A stretch of 64,000 bases of DNA, from the NCBI RefSeq assembly GCF_009914755.1, contig NC_060947.1; one strand, 5' to 3'. A program made the translations under genes and the position numbers. Under the pieces are notes generated by a model that saw nothing but the letters and a program-made list of their open reading frames with translations, did not search any database and was not told the DNA's origin. Origin of the DNA: the human T2T-CHM13v2.0 reference genome, Homo sapiens. Positions 27,781 to 40,739 of this stretch are shown piece by piece (the first letter of the stretch is position 1; each line of letters starts with the position of its first letter).

Positions 27781-30700
27781 TGAAGAACCAGGCCAGCCCC
27801 TCCCATTCTCCCCTTTTGCTGAAAGGCATTCTTCTGGCAACTGGCCTTAGGCTGTGGAATCCAACCTCAAGTTTTCCACATGTCCCTTTGCCCTTTGCCC
27901 AGGCCCACCCACATGTTGGGGAAAACTCCAGTGGCTGAGCAAGACCCCCTTCAATACAGTTCATTCAGTCCTTCAGATCTCTGGGTTACTCCCAACTGAG
28001 TGGTGTTCCAGGCATCATTTTTATAACTACCACTTATCACTAATTTGTTCTTAATTCTAGCTTCATGTTGTTTTCCTTTTAAGCCCTAATAGTCATGCAT
28101 TAGCTACAATTTATTCCTACAATTACTTTTGAAGGACTCATAGTGGTTTTTAGTCCTATACTATAAATTGTGTTTTTGATACTATTATGATTACATACTT
28201 GTATAAATAAGTAAATGAACAAATTATTCAAAGCAAAATTCTCTTAGACTCCCAGCATCCCATTTTATTCTTTAGTATGTCAGGTACATTCCCTTTCAAA
28301 TACTTCTCAGTAATCTTCCTCATCCCTGTATGGATATGTGAAAATTAAGCACAAGGCTGGATTACTAAAGCAGCAGACAAAAATTTCCAGGTCCATCTTA
28401 GGGAGGAAATTTGATGATGCAGAAGTCACTGAGAAATGGGCAGTTATCTAAAATCACAGAAATTCATAATCGAATAAATAAAATGCAGGATCACAATTCA
28501 ATTTCTGTTTCAAAATTAGTTATTATTTTTTCTTATATAAGAAAGTAGAACATATTGAGGGTGGATTTTCCTCATATTGTACAAGTTCATCCATTAACAT
28601 CTCCTTTGAGGCTTATCATCAGGCTTGGTTTCAAAGATGCCATTACTGACTACTTAACATTTGGACAAAATGGTTCCCTTTTACTCTGTAGTTGTGTTTG
28701 AATCTGTTGGGAATGTAATTGAATGCTATCTACCCAGGTTAGCATCTCAAAAATACCATACAATTGTGGGTAAGGAAGATAAGACCAAATGTGATGTGTG
28801 CATATCCTATATTGTGCACATGTGGTGTGAAGTCTGCCAGCTTCTTCTGGGACTTTTGCCCATTGTTCTGGGCTTCAGGCCCCACTCAGAAACTTGGGGA
28901 ATATACCTTCTCAGTCAGCTGAGCACTTCCTACCAACAACCCTTTAGCTCAATTCATAGATAACTTTAAAAACAATCACTATGTAACACTGTGCCCTTAC
29001 AACAATCTACTTGGTCTCCATTCTCTTTGCTGGGACCCAGTCTCTTAACTCCAATAAGGATCCGCTTCTGCAAGTCTTCCTTTTCACTGCCTGGTCTCCC
29101 TGGTTCTCCTGAGGTTTGCTGGTTTATGTCCTTGCTACTTCTAGTTATCTTTAAAAATGCCCTCTCATTTATGAAAAATGCCAACTTCACGGGAATCACT
29201 AGCTCACTTATAATGTCTACTCATGAAGAGACATACCCCTTTCTTTATAAAATCCCTCTTACTCTGCTATTACTGGCATTCAATGAAACATACCTCTAAT
29301 CAGTTAGAGTGGCCAATGCTGTAGGCCAGACTTACTGTATTTCCAATCCCACTTGAAAATTGAGAACATTCTTTTTCAGAAGACTGCACCGTAAATCTCC
29401 ACAGGCTTCTCCAGCCCCTTGTTTATGTCTCGGTTATCTGGAAGAGACCATGGAAGCATAAGAAAATTAGCCAAGTAATAATCAAAGAGGCCCCAACAAC
29501 AGTCAAAGGTTTAAAGGTATTTTTAAACGGCAGACTTTCTGATTTTGACCAATTTCTTTATTAAAAGATTTCAGTGCCCTAACTCCAGTTTAAGAAATGA
29601 AAAAGAGGAAACTCTTCTCACACTATTTGGAAAGCACAGGGCCAACTCTTTATTTTAGAAAGAACAAAACAAGTGTCATTATCTTGATATTTGACACGTG
29701 GCTTCCCTTTTATTTCAAGGTCCACTTGATTTTTATCATTATTAGTTTTAAAGATCTTCTGCAAATTTTCCAGAGCTTGATGGTATAAGGTTCAGTGGCT
29801 CTAAAGTCAAGTCAGTAATTCCCAAGACTCATTAACAATGAAGAGAAACAATGGGATATGAATTTCTAGGTGAGCTGTGCTCTAAAATGAGTAGCTTATA
29901 AATAAGCAATATGCTTGTGATTTATGGCATTACTAATACACCCTCTTTAAGAAAATCCTACCCACAGAACTTAGAAACAATAAAGATAAATTAGGGAAAG
30001 ACTATTTACATTACAAAAGGCCTCTTCACTTTACAAAAAGATTCACCACAAGGCCTCTTTAACTAATGAGAGAGCATTGGTATGAGATTTTTGTTTACAA
30101 AAATGAAAACATCAGTTGGTACCAGAGTTACAGGAACTCTCAAATGGGTAATATGAGATCCACCCTCTGTTAGATGATTTATCTTGGGGCAGCTGGAATC
30201 GAAGGCCACACTGGGGAATGTGCTGGCTGACTCCTTCAGGACCCTGAAATCCACTGAGTAACTCTAAACTTGTATTTCCCAAATGCCCCACTCTCCTTAT
30301 CTGTTTTCTGAGTGCACCTATGTGGAAGAATGCCCCAAGAAAACAAACTTTGGAGACATTTCAACTCAGAGTTAAAATCTGCCCTGATCCTGTGTTATCT
30401 ATCCCAAGCTTGAGGAATTATACCACTATTATCTTCCCACTTTCCAGCTTTCTGACCACCAAAAATCGGGAAGTTTGGTAGTCAGGTGCCCCCTAGATCC
30501 ATGAGGCTTGACCTTAATTCCTATCTGCAGAGACAGGGCTCTTTATTCTCTGCTCTGATGTTGAACTTGGATGAAACTGCTTTAAGTCTCCATTTAGAAA
30601 AATTTTGTTAATGATTGGCTTAAAACATCCATGAAGGTTCTTTTCTAGCATAAGCCCCAATTTGAGACTGGAAGCTTTGCAAAACAAGGACAGGTGTTCA

Positions 30701-30989
30701 TTTAAACAATTATTTAAGGAAGCTCTAGAGCATATTTTAATGATGTTACATCGCTTTAAACTTTGTAGTTCCAGAGAAAGAAGGAAATGGCATAAAAAGA
30801 GGACATTCTGTAGTCCCCAGAAAAAGATATCAGTGAAAAACCTTTACCATTCAGGGACATATCCTACTGTGATGGGACAGCTTCTCCTTCCATTTCAACT
30901 CAGGGGGAAACAGGAAGAAACAAAGTGAGCATCACATAAATGTGGAATGCTTCTCCTGTCTGGAGATGAGCTGGAAAGGCAGCTGGAAG

Positions 30990-31258
30990 CAGTTGAGCAT
31001 ATTATTAGAAAGAGCCTGTGGAGCTTGGCAGCTCAGCAGACTTGGGTGTGAATCCTAACTCCACCATTTATTCTCTGTGGAACTTGGGCAAGTGAATGTA
31101 TCTCACTAATGATATGATTCCTAATCTGGGAAATTGGGAGAATACCATCATCCTTTCAGGGTTGTTGTAAGTGTTAGATGTTGTTTATGTAAATGGTGTA
31201 AAGGGCACAGAACCTGGCACATGGCAGGCTCCCAAGAAATGTTAAATTAATGAATGAC
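30990..31258 (+). mobile_element. MIR SINE
   Basis: agacttgggtgtgaatcctaactccaccattta...acctggcacatggcaggctc. Confidence 0.8.
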
Positions 31259-33656
31259 TACATATAAATATTGAAACTAAAGCTGCCCCTTTAATTCATT
31301 CTAAAACTTAAGCAAGGTCAAGGGAACCCCTAAGGTTGATACATAATGAAAACTAGACAGGTCATTAGGCATTTAAAGCAAATCTTAGACCCAGGAAGGA
31401 TTTGATTCTCAGGTAATATTTATAGTAAGTTAACAAGAATGATCTCATCAAAGCCTATAAGCAGAAAGAGTCAGGTGAAATGTCAATATTACAGTACTTT
31501 GTCTCAAATAACCAGTGTACATAGTAATAGTATGACTGCTTTACATATAACTTACCTGTGTGGAAAAATAGTGCCAGTGAAAAAACCTGCCAGTCTTATT
31601 ACCTCAAAAGTGCGGTACCCATGATAACAGCCCATTCAAATCACTGTCAGTTACTGAACTAGGTTCTTTAGGGAAAAGAAGGATCAAATGTTTTTCCCTT
31701 TCAAGCCTGTGACTCCCAGTCATGGAGGTTGCAAGAACAAGGTAACACAGAGGTAAGAAGGAAAAAGGAGGTAAGAACACTGAGGTAAGAACTTCTGAAG
31801 TTCTCCTTCTTATAGCATCAGGCTCCTTGGCTCTTCTTGTTGTTGTCTTGGATGAGTTTGATGAGAAACACATGGCTAGAAAAAGAGTGACACTAACAGG
31901 TGTTCTACAAAGCAAAGCAAAGCAAAACAGAGCATGAAACTTGCTTTGGCTTAATGAATCTGTTTTTCTTTACCCAGCTTGATATTGGATAAAATGTTAG
32001 CTGATCTCTCTTATTCAAGCTGTACCAGCCACCCTCTATCCTGCCCCCCCAGTTGAATTCACCTTATCTGAGGGGTGAATGCCTTTGTTTTCCCGCGACT
32101 CCCTCTCCAGAAGTCAAAGGCAGCCTTTCTCTTCCCTTATCTGAGTGTGAGGGGATCTACAGCCTAGTGCCATAGAAAAGTGTTGTGAGCTCCAAAGTAC
32201 TCTTTACACAAGGGCCCCATTCTGGCTATCCCAGCTCCTTAGGCTATAGATTACCACAGGTGGTATTTCTGACCTTCTTTAGTTCATTCATTCATGTATG
32301 CCTTTATTGAGTATATATTGAGCACAATGAGGAACACTTATTTGATTGGTAAATTGGGGTAGATTACCTGGACATTCTCAAGTCAGTTCATCCTCTTTTC
32401 TCTTGGGAGCAATCGTATTCATGAGAGTGGGTGTTCTACTCTGCTCCTTCAGTGGGCAATCTGTCCTGCTCCTGCGCTGCCTTTATTTAGGTGAAGTCCT
32501 CCTAACTTTTGCAATCCATTGAGTAGACACTTTGACTTTCTCATTAATTTAGATCATCAAGCCTGGCCTCCATCAGTAATGAAGTGATATTTTTAAGTTC
32601 ATATTTACTGTTTTGTGTATTTATCAACTTCAGAATCTGGATGATAAGATGAAGTGCTACTTAGTGAGGTTTTTGGGAGACCCCCACAAGTACCAGCTAT
32701 GTGCCAGGCATGTAGTCTAAGTTGCAGGGATAAATGGTGAGCATCATAAACAGAGGTCTTGTCTTCATGCAACTTATATGTCTAAGTCTCGCAGGAGACA
32801 TTTCTGGTGTGAATAGCATTTCTCTCCCCATCACTTGTGTAACATGTTATCTCTATGGAGTAGACTGTTGGGGAGGTCTCCCAGCCATATGACATCAGTG
32901 GCAGAGCCAGGGTAGATGATCTGCCCTGCCTTTCTGCTCATGCCTTTTCTTAAAATGGCTTTGCTTGGAGTTGTGTTCATAAGAGACAAGACTGTTGCTG
33001 AAATAGAGACAGACTCCTGCTTATAAGACCTAATGTGGAAACTTAGCACTTTTTTCCTTTTCAAATATTGTTCTCTTCTTGTTTATAGATCATCAATTCA
33101 ATGCCCTATGGTAGAGTCAAAGCTTTTGAAGGTTCACTATTTAGGACTCAGCAATACTTCAAAGTCCTGGAAACTTTAAGCCTTGACCAAATATCAGATA
33201 TAAATTTCCAAATAAAACCAGAGAGTTTCCAAAAATGTTATATGTGGTGCATTGTGCTTAAAGTTCTAAGATTGTTTCAGTGTTCCTAGGTGTGCAAGTC
33301 CAGAACCATGACTTAGGACCAATTATAATTTTACTGGATAGATTGGCATTACTTCCAATAAGTAATGCACCTGTCCCTAGGCCCATCCTCCTCTGTGGTA
33401 AGGGCACTAGTTCAACGCACCCTCAGCCCGGGCCCCTCCCTCTCCTGGCGCACTCCTCCCTTGCCCCCCATGGCACTGTGCTCTCCAGATTTTCACTCTC
33501 CCAGGCTCTGGCCTTGTTGCATTAGCCAGCTCTGTTTCTGCATATTCCACTCTTTTTTTTTTTAAATAAGTAGTCTCAGTCGACATGCTTTGACCAAATG
33601 CCAAGGATGGTGCCCAAAAGTATGGTAATTGTCAACCCCTACTTGCCTAGTCACCA

Positions 33657-33658
<2 letters not shown>

Positions 33659-33698
<40 letters not shown>
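33659..33698. repeat. (TG)20 microsatellite inside a short reverse L1MA 3' fragment
   Basis: Perfect TG run followed by gtgagaacacttaggatctactttctcagcaaatttcaagt. Confidence 0.95.
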
Positions 33699-33699
<1 letters not shown>

Positions 33700-34497
33700 T
33701 GAGAACACTTAGGATCTACTTTCTCAGCAAATTTCAAGTTTTACAGTTCAGAACTTAGTTTCCTCATCTGTAAAACTGCCTGCCCTAGATGTTCTTTAAC
33801 ATTCTTTGTTCCATTTCTAATCTTGCCCTCAGGAACGAGGTTCTGGCAAAGAGGCAAAGAAAGATATTATAATACCATTATCTAATTTCCTGCTATGCAA
33901 ATAAAATGTCCGTGATAGGGATTTGAAAGAATACATTCTATTAAGGCTCATGAAAAGCAGTGAAATGCATATGTTTATATGTGTAAAAATGGTTTGACAC
34001 TGCATATTGTGAGAGAAGGCACGTGGCAGGTATCCATTTTGATCTTTTTCTAATAATGCTAATATATATGTCTGAATCATGAATAATTGTGAGTGGGGAA
34101 ACAGAATATAGACACTGGCTAAGCATTTTTCATTCACCACTAATTGACTATTCACTCATTTATTCAACAAACGTTGAGCACCTCAGCTTCTGGAAATGCA
34201 AGGCTACCTGAGCAGGGTCTCTTGTCTCACAGTTAACTAGCATTAAGAGGTGTCACATTTCACTGAAGAATATAACAGTGGGAATGTGGTGGCTGAGGTG
34301 TTTCCAAATGGTGTCCTCCCTTCACATATAAATCAGTTGTATTCAATGGATTTTGGAGCTACAAGGATCAGTCACTGTCATGGGAAAGAAGTCATAGAGG
34401 CTAGATGGATGAGACATTTAATATAGCAACCCTGCTTTTCTGCAATTTATATATTTGATTCTTTACATTTTTTCACTTAAAAACAAGTTTTACTGGT

Positions 34498-34970
34498 TGT
34501 GGAAAGCTGAATATTGCCCTCTCCCAATAGACATATAATATCCTAATTCCTGGAACCTGTGGATGTTACCTTATAAGGCAAAAGGGACTTGCCAGTTGTG
34601 TTTAAATTAAGAATCTTGAAATGGGCAGAATATTCTGGATTGTATGGGTGAGACCAAAGTAATCACAAAGGTTCTCATAAGGAGAAAGGAAGGTCAGAGT
34701 CAGAAAGAGAGAAGGCAATATGACAATGGAAGCAGAGGTTTGAGTGATGCAACAAGAAATGTGGGAGGCCTCTAGAAGCCAGAATAACCAAGGAATGGAT
34801 TCTACCCTAGAGCCTCCAGAAGGAACACAGCCCTGTGAACACCTTGATTTTAGCCCAGTAAGACCCAATTTGGATGTCTGACATTCATAATTATAACATA
34901 ATAAATTTCTGTTGTTTTAAACCACAAAGATTGTGGTTATTTGTTACAGCAAAAATAGGAATTCAGTAAT
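34498..34970 (+). mobile_element. MLT1C/D MaLR solo LTR
   Basis: tcctaattcctggaacctgtggatgttacctta...ctagagcctccagaaggaacacagccctg...tttgttacagca. Confidence 0.88.
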
Positions 34971-35879
34971 ATATATACAACACATATGATATTTAAAGGT
35001 CTTTCTAATCAAAACCAGGCCTCCTTTAACCTACAGGTAGAGAGTTTTCCCAGAGCAGTGCCTCTCCATAACTCTTCCTAGGGCCCGTCTAATCCTGACA
35101 CTGCAGGTAGAATTCTAGGTGCAAGCTACCCAAAGGCTGCCATTTTGAGATGATTCTGCCCCCACCAGTTTCTCCAGGCCAGAAGCTGATTGTCTGTTGT
35201 TTTAGGTGCAGCTCAAAACCTCCAGTTTTGCCTTCTGTAAGAGCACTGACCCAACTCTGCAAACCATTGCTAGTTAGTAACAATCAGAAAAGGATATGTG
35301 AATGCTTATTCTTCTCCATGCTATTTTCTAACCTGGCTGTATTAACAGCTAATCAGAAATTAATGCTATGAGTAGGCACTCTTCTGACTTAAGAGGGAGC
35401 AAGTCAGCGAAATATTTAAGTGACCATTTCATTGCCCGCCTCCATTCCAACAGGGTTAATGATCATGAGGCCTGGAACTTAGTCGTCATCATTTCCCATT
35501 GGGATTTTGGCTGTTCTTTTAGTTCTTGAATTTAGAACAAAACAGAAAATAAACAGTGCATGGCAAAAACTTGTTACATAGTGAGGTTAAGGAAGGTTTT
35601 CTTCAGTGCCTTTTTCCATTTGGGGTGGCAGGGCAGGTGAGAGGAGGGTTCAGTTAGCCTGAGTATCAGATGATTGGAGTTCTAGTCTTGGTTCTGCTCC
35701 CAACATGCTTTGTGAGTTTAAGTCCCTCAGTTCACTTATCTGCAAAATTGGGATGAGGAGCTTAATGGTGAAGAATCCTTTTATATCTTTGGCAGTCTGA
35801 ATCAAAGGCTGTCAGATTTTTTTAGATTTCATGGACCAATATAATTTCCCACAAGCATTTTAACAACCATTATACATAA

Positions 35880-36098
35880 ACAAATATATAAATCTTATAT
35901 ATATATATACACATACACACACACACACACATATATATATATAGACTTTATAGATAAGTATGTGTAAATCCTATTCTGTAGGATATTTATATTTAGGATT
36001 TATATATATGCTCATATATATACATAGGATTTCTACATACATGTGTGTATATATGTACATGCACACATATTTATATATACACAGATATATAGGATTCA
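35880..36098. repeat. TA/CA/TG low-complexity tract with inverted aaatccta/taggattt motifs, probably inside an old hAT element (35803-36350)
   Basis: Alternating purine-pyrimidine runs with repeated taggatt and reverse aatcct. Confidence 0.75.
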
Positions 36099-37287
36099 CA
36101 AAGTTTGACTCCCAACTGAATGTATTTTAAAAAGCTACCACCATCATTTTATGAAAGAAAAGACATTTTATCACCAGAAACGTTGGAAGGGCATAATCTC
36201 AAAATAGAGGGCAGTTCATTATGTTGAATCTTTTTAACTTGATGAAAAACTCTCACTACCTTGTATTTATTTTTTCTCATTTAGATACACATATGAAAAA
36301 CGTTGTTCAAGACTGGTAAAGTTCCACAGACCCACCTTTAGAGTCCAATGTTCTGCAGTACCAAAACTTTATCCTTTCTCTCCTTAAGTCACCCTAGGTG
36401 GGGACAGTGATCACTTCCATCAGGTCTGCTCATTACTGCTCCAGTCAGAACCACATCCAGGGGGATACCAATGGGTTTTTCCCTCTCCCAAAGGGGAAAA
36501 AAAACCACCCTCTGTTTAAAAGCCTCAGAAAGCAAGAAAGAGAATAAAGTGACAAAAGAAGCTGGGTTTGATGAGCTGGAAGAAATCAAACAAACAAATC
36601 AAATAAACATGCGTGGGTGTGCCCACACACATATTTCAAAAGAAGAATCCAGGAAATTTGAAGTCTGGCTTCAGGTATCTGAAGCCAGACCTCATTTGTG
36701 GGATTGTGGTTTACAGTGGAAAAATGCCATGCTCCAGGTCACTCCGCCCATTAGGGCAGGCTGAGCAGCTATTTTAAAGTCAGGCCTCTTTAAGCATTTC
36801 AGAAATGGCACTCAAATAGTCCCAGCCCAGAAACGTTGTGGCTGTTTATTGGCTCACAGGATTGAATCCCTAACCAATGTTGCTGCACTATGCTGACTTT
36901 TTATTTCATAGACTCAGAAATTTAGGTGACTTACCCAAAGTCACAATTCAGTCAGCGGAGAAGCTGAGATCCCATCAAGAACTGTTGAAAAACAATGCCT
37001 ATGTTCTTAACCACAGTGATATGCTGCCTTCAAACAGTCCATTTTTATGGTAGCATAGGCTATATGATGGCTTTGTTTGCCCATCCATCAAGAAGTATTC
37101 TTAAATTCCAAATAGTAGAATGACAATAATAAAGGCATTGTGATAAAAGCTGCATGAGGAGTAACTGGGAGTTCTTTGTAACTATCTCTGTAAGTATGAA
37201 ATTATTTCAAAATGAAATGTTACCAAAAGAAATAAAAGATTAACAAAGAGTCCAAATCTGGCAGGAAATGATCACAAAGGCCAGAAC

Positions 37288-37515
37288 GTGTTGAGTGCTT
37301 ATTATGTGTCAGGCACTGTGCAAAACACTTTACATATGCTATTTCATATTATTCTCACAATACCACTTTACCACTTTAAGTACTGCAATTATCCCAAACT
37401 TACAGATGAAGAAACTGAGGTACTAAGAACTTAAGTAACCTGACAGGTCACAAAGTAGTAAAGCCTGGACTTATCCATGATCTAGATTGGTGCTTGTCCA
37501 CTAGAGCACATTGCT
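37288..37515 (-). mobile_element. MIR SINE
   Basis: ttgagtgcttattatgtgtcaggcactgtgc...ttacagatgaagaaactgagg. Confidence 0.82.
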
Positions 37516-38030
37516 TGAATATGGAGTATTAATATTTCAAGCATATAGATGTGAATAGATAATAATATAATAAATACCCACTTACTCACATTCGGTGTTA
37601 TCAAATCTTAACTTTAGGACATATTTGTTTCAGACTTCATTTTTTTTAAGAAATGGCATTTCAGTTAGAGTTGTGAACCCCATTGTACCCTCCCAATTCC
37701 ATTCTACAATTTTCTCTTCTTCCTGTTAGGAAATCAGTATGAAAGTTCCCATGCATATTTTAAATAAATTTACACCATACATATAAATCCATAAACAATA
37801 TACACTATTTGTTTGTGTGTTTTTCAGCATTTAACAAACATGGTCATACTGTATCAAGAGGCAAATTGTTCTTTTCACTCAATATTATGTTTTCAAGATA
37901 TTGCATAGTATCTCTGTACTGATTTTTTTAAATGCAGAATCAAATATATCAAGGGATCCTTTTATGATTGATGCTTTTTTGTTTTATTTTGTTTTGTCTT
38001 GCTTTGTTTAAGAAAAATTTCCCTGTCCTA

Positions 38031-38420
38031 TGTCTGAGTCCATTTTGTGCTGCTATGATAGAATATCTGAGACTGGGTAATTTACAAAGAACAGAAATTT
38101 ATTTCTCACAGTTCTAGAGTCTGGAAAGTCCAAGATCAAGGTACTGGCAAGTTGATTGTCTGGGGAAGCCTACTCTCTGCTTCCAAAATGGTGCCTTGAT
38201 ACTGCATCATCCAGAGGGGAGGAACACTATGTTCTAACATGGAGGAAGGTAAAAGGACAAAAGATATGAACTCCCTTCATCAAGCCCTTTTATAAGGACA
38301 CCTGATCCAACTAAAGGAAGAGGAGCCCTCAAGGCCAAGTCACCTGTTAAAGCCTCCACCTATAACACTATCACATAGGCAACACTTGAATTTTGAAGGG
38401 GACACATTCAAACCATAGCA
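38031..38420 (-). mobile_element. MST (B/C-like) MaLR solo LTR
   Basis: tgtctgagtccattttgtgctgctat...gacacattcaaaccatagca. Confidence 0.88.
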
Positions 38421-38580
38421 GCTATGGTCATAAAGATTTTCTCTTGTGTTTGTTTTTGTATTATGTATGTTAGGGGCTTAATTTTACTTTTCTCTGCATG
38501 TATAACTATTCTATTAGAATCACATATTGAATATACTTTCTCTTCCTGACTCATCTGAAATGCTATCCTTGACATACATC

Positions 38581-40734
38581 TGACATGGTTTTGCTCTGTG
38601 TCCCCACTCAAATCTCATCTCAAATTGTAATCCCTACATGTGGAGGGAGGGAGGTGATTGGATCATAGAGGCAGTTTTCTCCATGCTGTTCTTGTGATAG
38701 TGAGTTCTCAAGAGATCCAATGGTTTTATAAGCATCTGGCATTTCCCCTGCTTGCCTGTCTCTTTCTTGCCACCATGTGAAGAAGGTACTTACTTCTCCT
38801 TCAGCTGCCACCATGGCTGGAAGTTTCCTGAGGCCTCCCCAGCTGTCTGGAACTGTGAGTCAATTAAACCTCTTTCCTTTATAAATTACCCAGTCTTGGG
38901 TAGTATCTTTATAGCAGTGTCAAAATGGACTAATACATTACATTGGTACCAGGAGTGGGGTATTGAAATAAAGATACTTGAAAATGTGGAAGTGACTTTG
39001 GAACTGGGTAACAAGCAGAGGTTGGAACAGTTTGGAGGGCTCAGAAGAAGAGAGGAAGATGTGGGAAAGTTTGGAACTTCCTAAAGACTTGTTGAATGGT
39101 TTTGACCAACATGCTGATAGTGATATGGACAATGAAGTCCAGGCTGAGGTGGTCTCAGATGGAGATAGGAATATTTGGGAACTGGAGCAAATGTCACTCT
39201 TGCTGTGCATAGCAAAGAGACTGGTGGCATTTTGTCCCTGCCCTAGAGATCTGTGGAACTTTGAACTTGAGAGACATGATCTGAAATTGGAACTTATATT
39301 TAAAACAGAAGCAGAGCACACAAGTTTGAAAAATTTGCAGGCTGATGATGCGATAAAAAAGAAAAGCCAATGTTTCTGGGGAGAAATTCAAGCCAGCTGC
39401 AGAAATTTGAGTAAGTAATGAGAAGCCAAAGGTTAATCAGGAAGACAATGGGAAAAATGTCTCCAGGGCATGTCAGAGACCTTCACAGTAGCCCCTCCCA
39501 TCACAGACCTGGAGGCCTAGGAGGGAAAAATCATTTCCTGGGCTGGGCCTAGGGCCCAGATGCTGCTCTGTGCAGCCTTGGGAGTTGGCACTCTGTTTCC
39601 CAGCCATGGCTAAAAGGGGCCAAAGTACAACTCAGGCCATTGCTTCAGAGGGTGTAAGCCTCATGGATTGGTGGCTTCCATGTGGTGTTGGGCCTGCTGG
39701 TGCATAGAAGAATTGAGGTTTGGGAACCTCCACCTAGATTTCAGAGGATATATGGAAATGCCTGGATGTCCAGGCAGAAGTTTGCTGCAGGGGTGGAGCC
39801 CTCATGGAGAATCTCTGCTAGAGCAGTACAGAAAGAAAATATGAGGTTGGAGCCCCCACACAGAATCCCCACTTGGGGACTGCCTAGTGGACCTGTGAGG
39901 AGAGGGTCACTGTCCTCCATTTAAGATTTAATGACTGCCCTGCTAGTTTTGAATTTGCATGGGGACTGTAGTCCCTTCATTTTGGCCAATTTCTCCCATT
40001 TGGAATGGGAGGATTTATCCAGAGCCTGTACCCCCATTGTATCTTGGAAGGAACTAATTTGCTTTTGATTTTACAGGCTCACTGGTGGAAGGGACTTGCC
40101 TGTCTCAGATGAGACTTTGGACTTTTGGACTTTTGAGATAATGCTGGAATGACTTAAGACTTTGGGGGATTGTTGGGAAGGCATGATTGGTTTTGAAAAC
40201 TTGCCTTGTCTTGGATGAGACTTTGGACTTGGACTTTTGAGTTAATGCTGTAATGAGTTAAGACTTTGAGGGACTGTTGGGAAGGCATGATTGGTTTTGA
40301 AATGTATAAAGGACATGAGATTTGGGAGGAGCCAGGGACAGAATGATATGGTTTGACTCTATGTCCCCACCCAAGTCTCATCTCAAATTGTAATCCTCAT
40401 GTGTTGAGGAGGGTGACCTATAATTTCCACATGTAGGGGGAGGGAGGTGATTAGATCATGGGGGCAATTTCCCTCATGTTGTTCTTGTGATAATGAGTGA
40501 GTTCTCATGGGATCTGATGATTTTATAAGTGTCTGGCATTTTCTGTCCTTGCACTTCTCTCTCCTGACACCATGTGAAGTAGGTGCCTTGCTTCCCCTTT
40601 GCCTTCTGCCATGATTCTAAGTTTCCTGATGCCTCCCCAGCCATGTGGAACCGTGGGTCAATTAAACCTCTTTCCTTTATAAAGTACCCAGTATCAGGTG
40701 TACGTTTATAGCAGTGTGAGAATGGACTAATACA
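38581..40734 (+). mobile_element. Complete THE1D-type MaLR element: 5'LTR 38581-38937, internal region, 3'LTR 40344-40734
   Basis: Two LTRs (tga(c/t)atggttt...ggactaataca); internal ORF remnant EGSEEERKMWESLELPKDLLNGFDQHADSDMDNEVQAEVVSDG; perfect TSD acatc. Confidence 0.95.
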
Positions 40735-40739
40735 ACATC

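Noticed and set aside
38752-39924. 110-128-aa ORFs
   Set aside because: THE1 LTR/internal ORF remnants.
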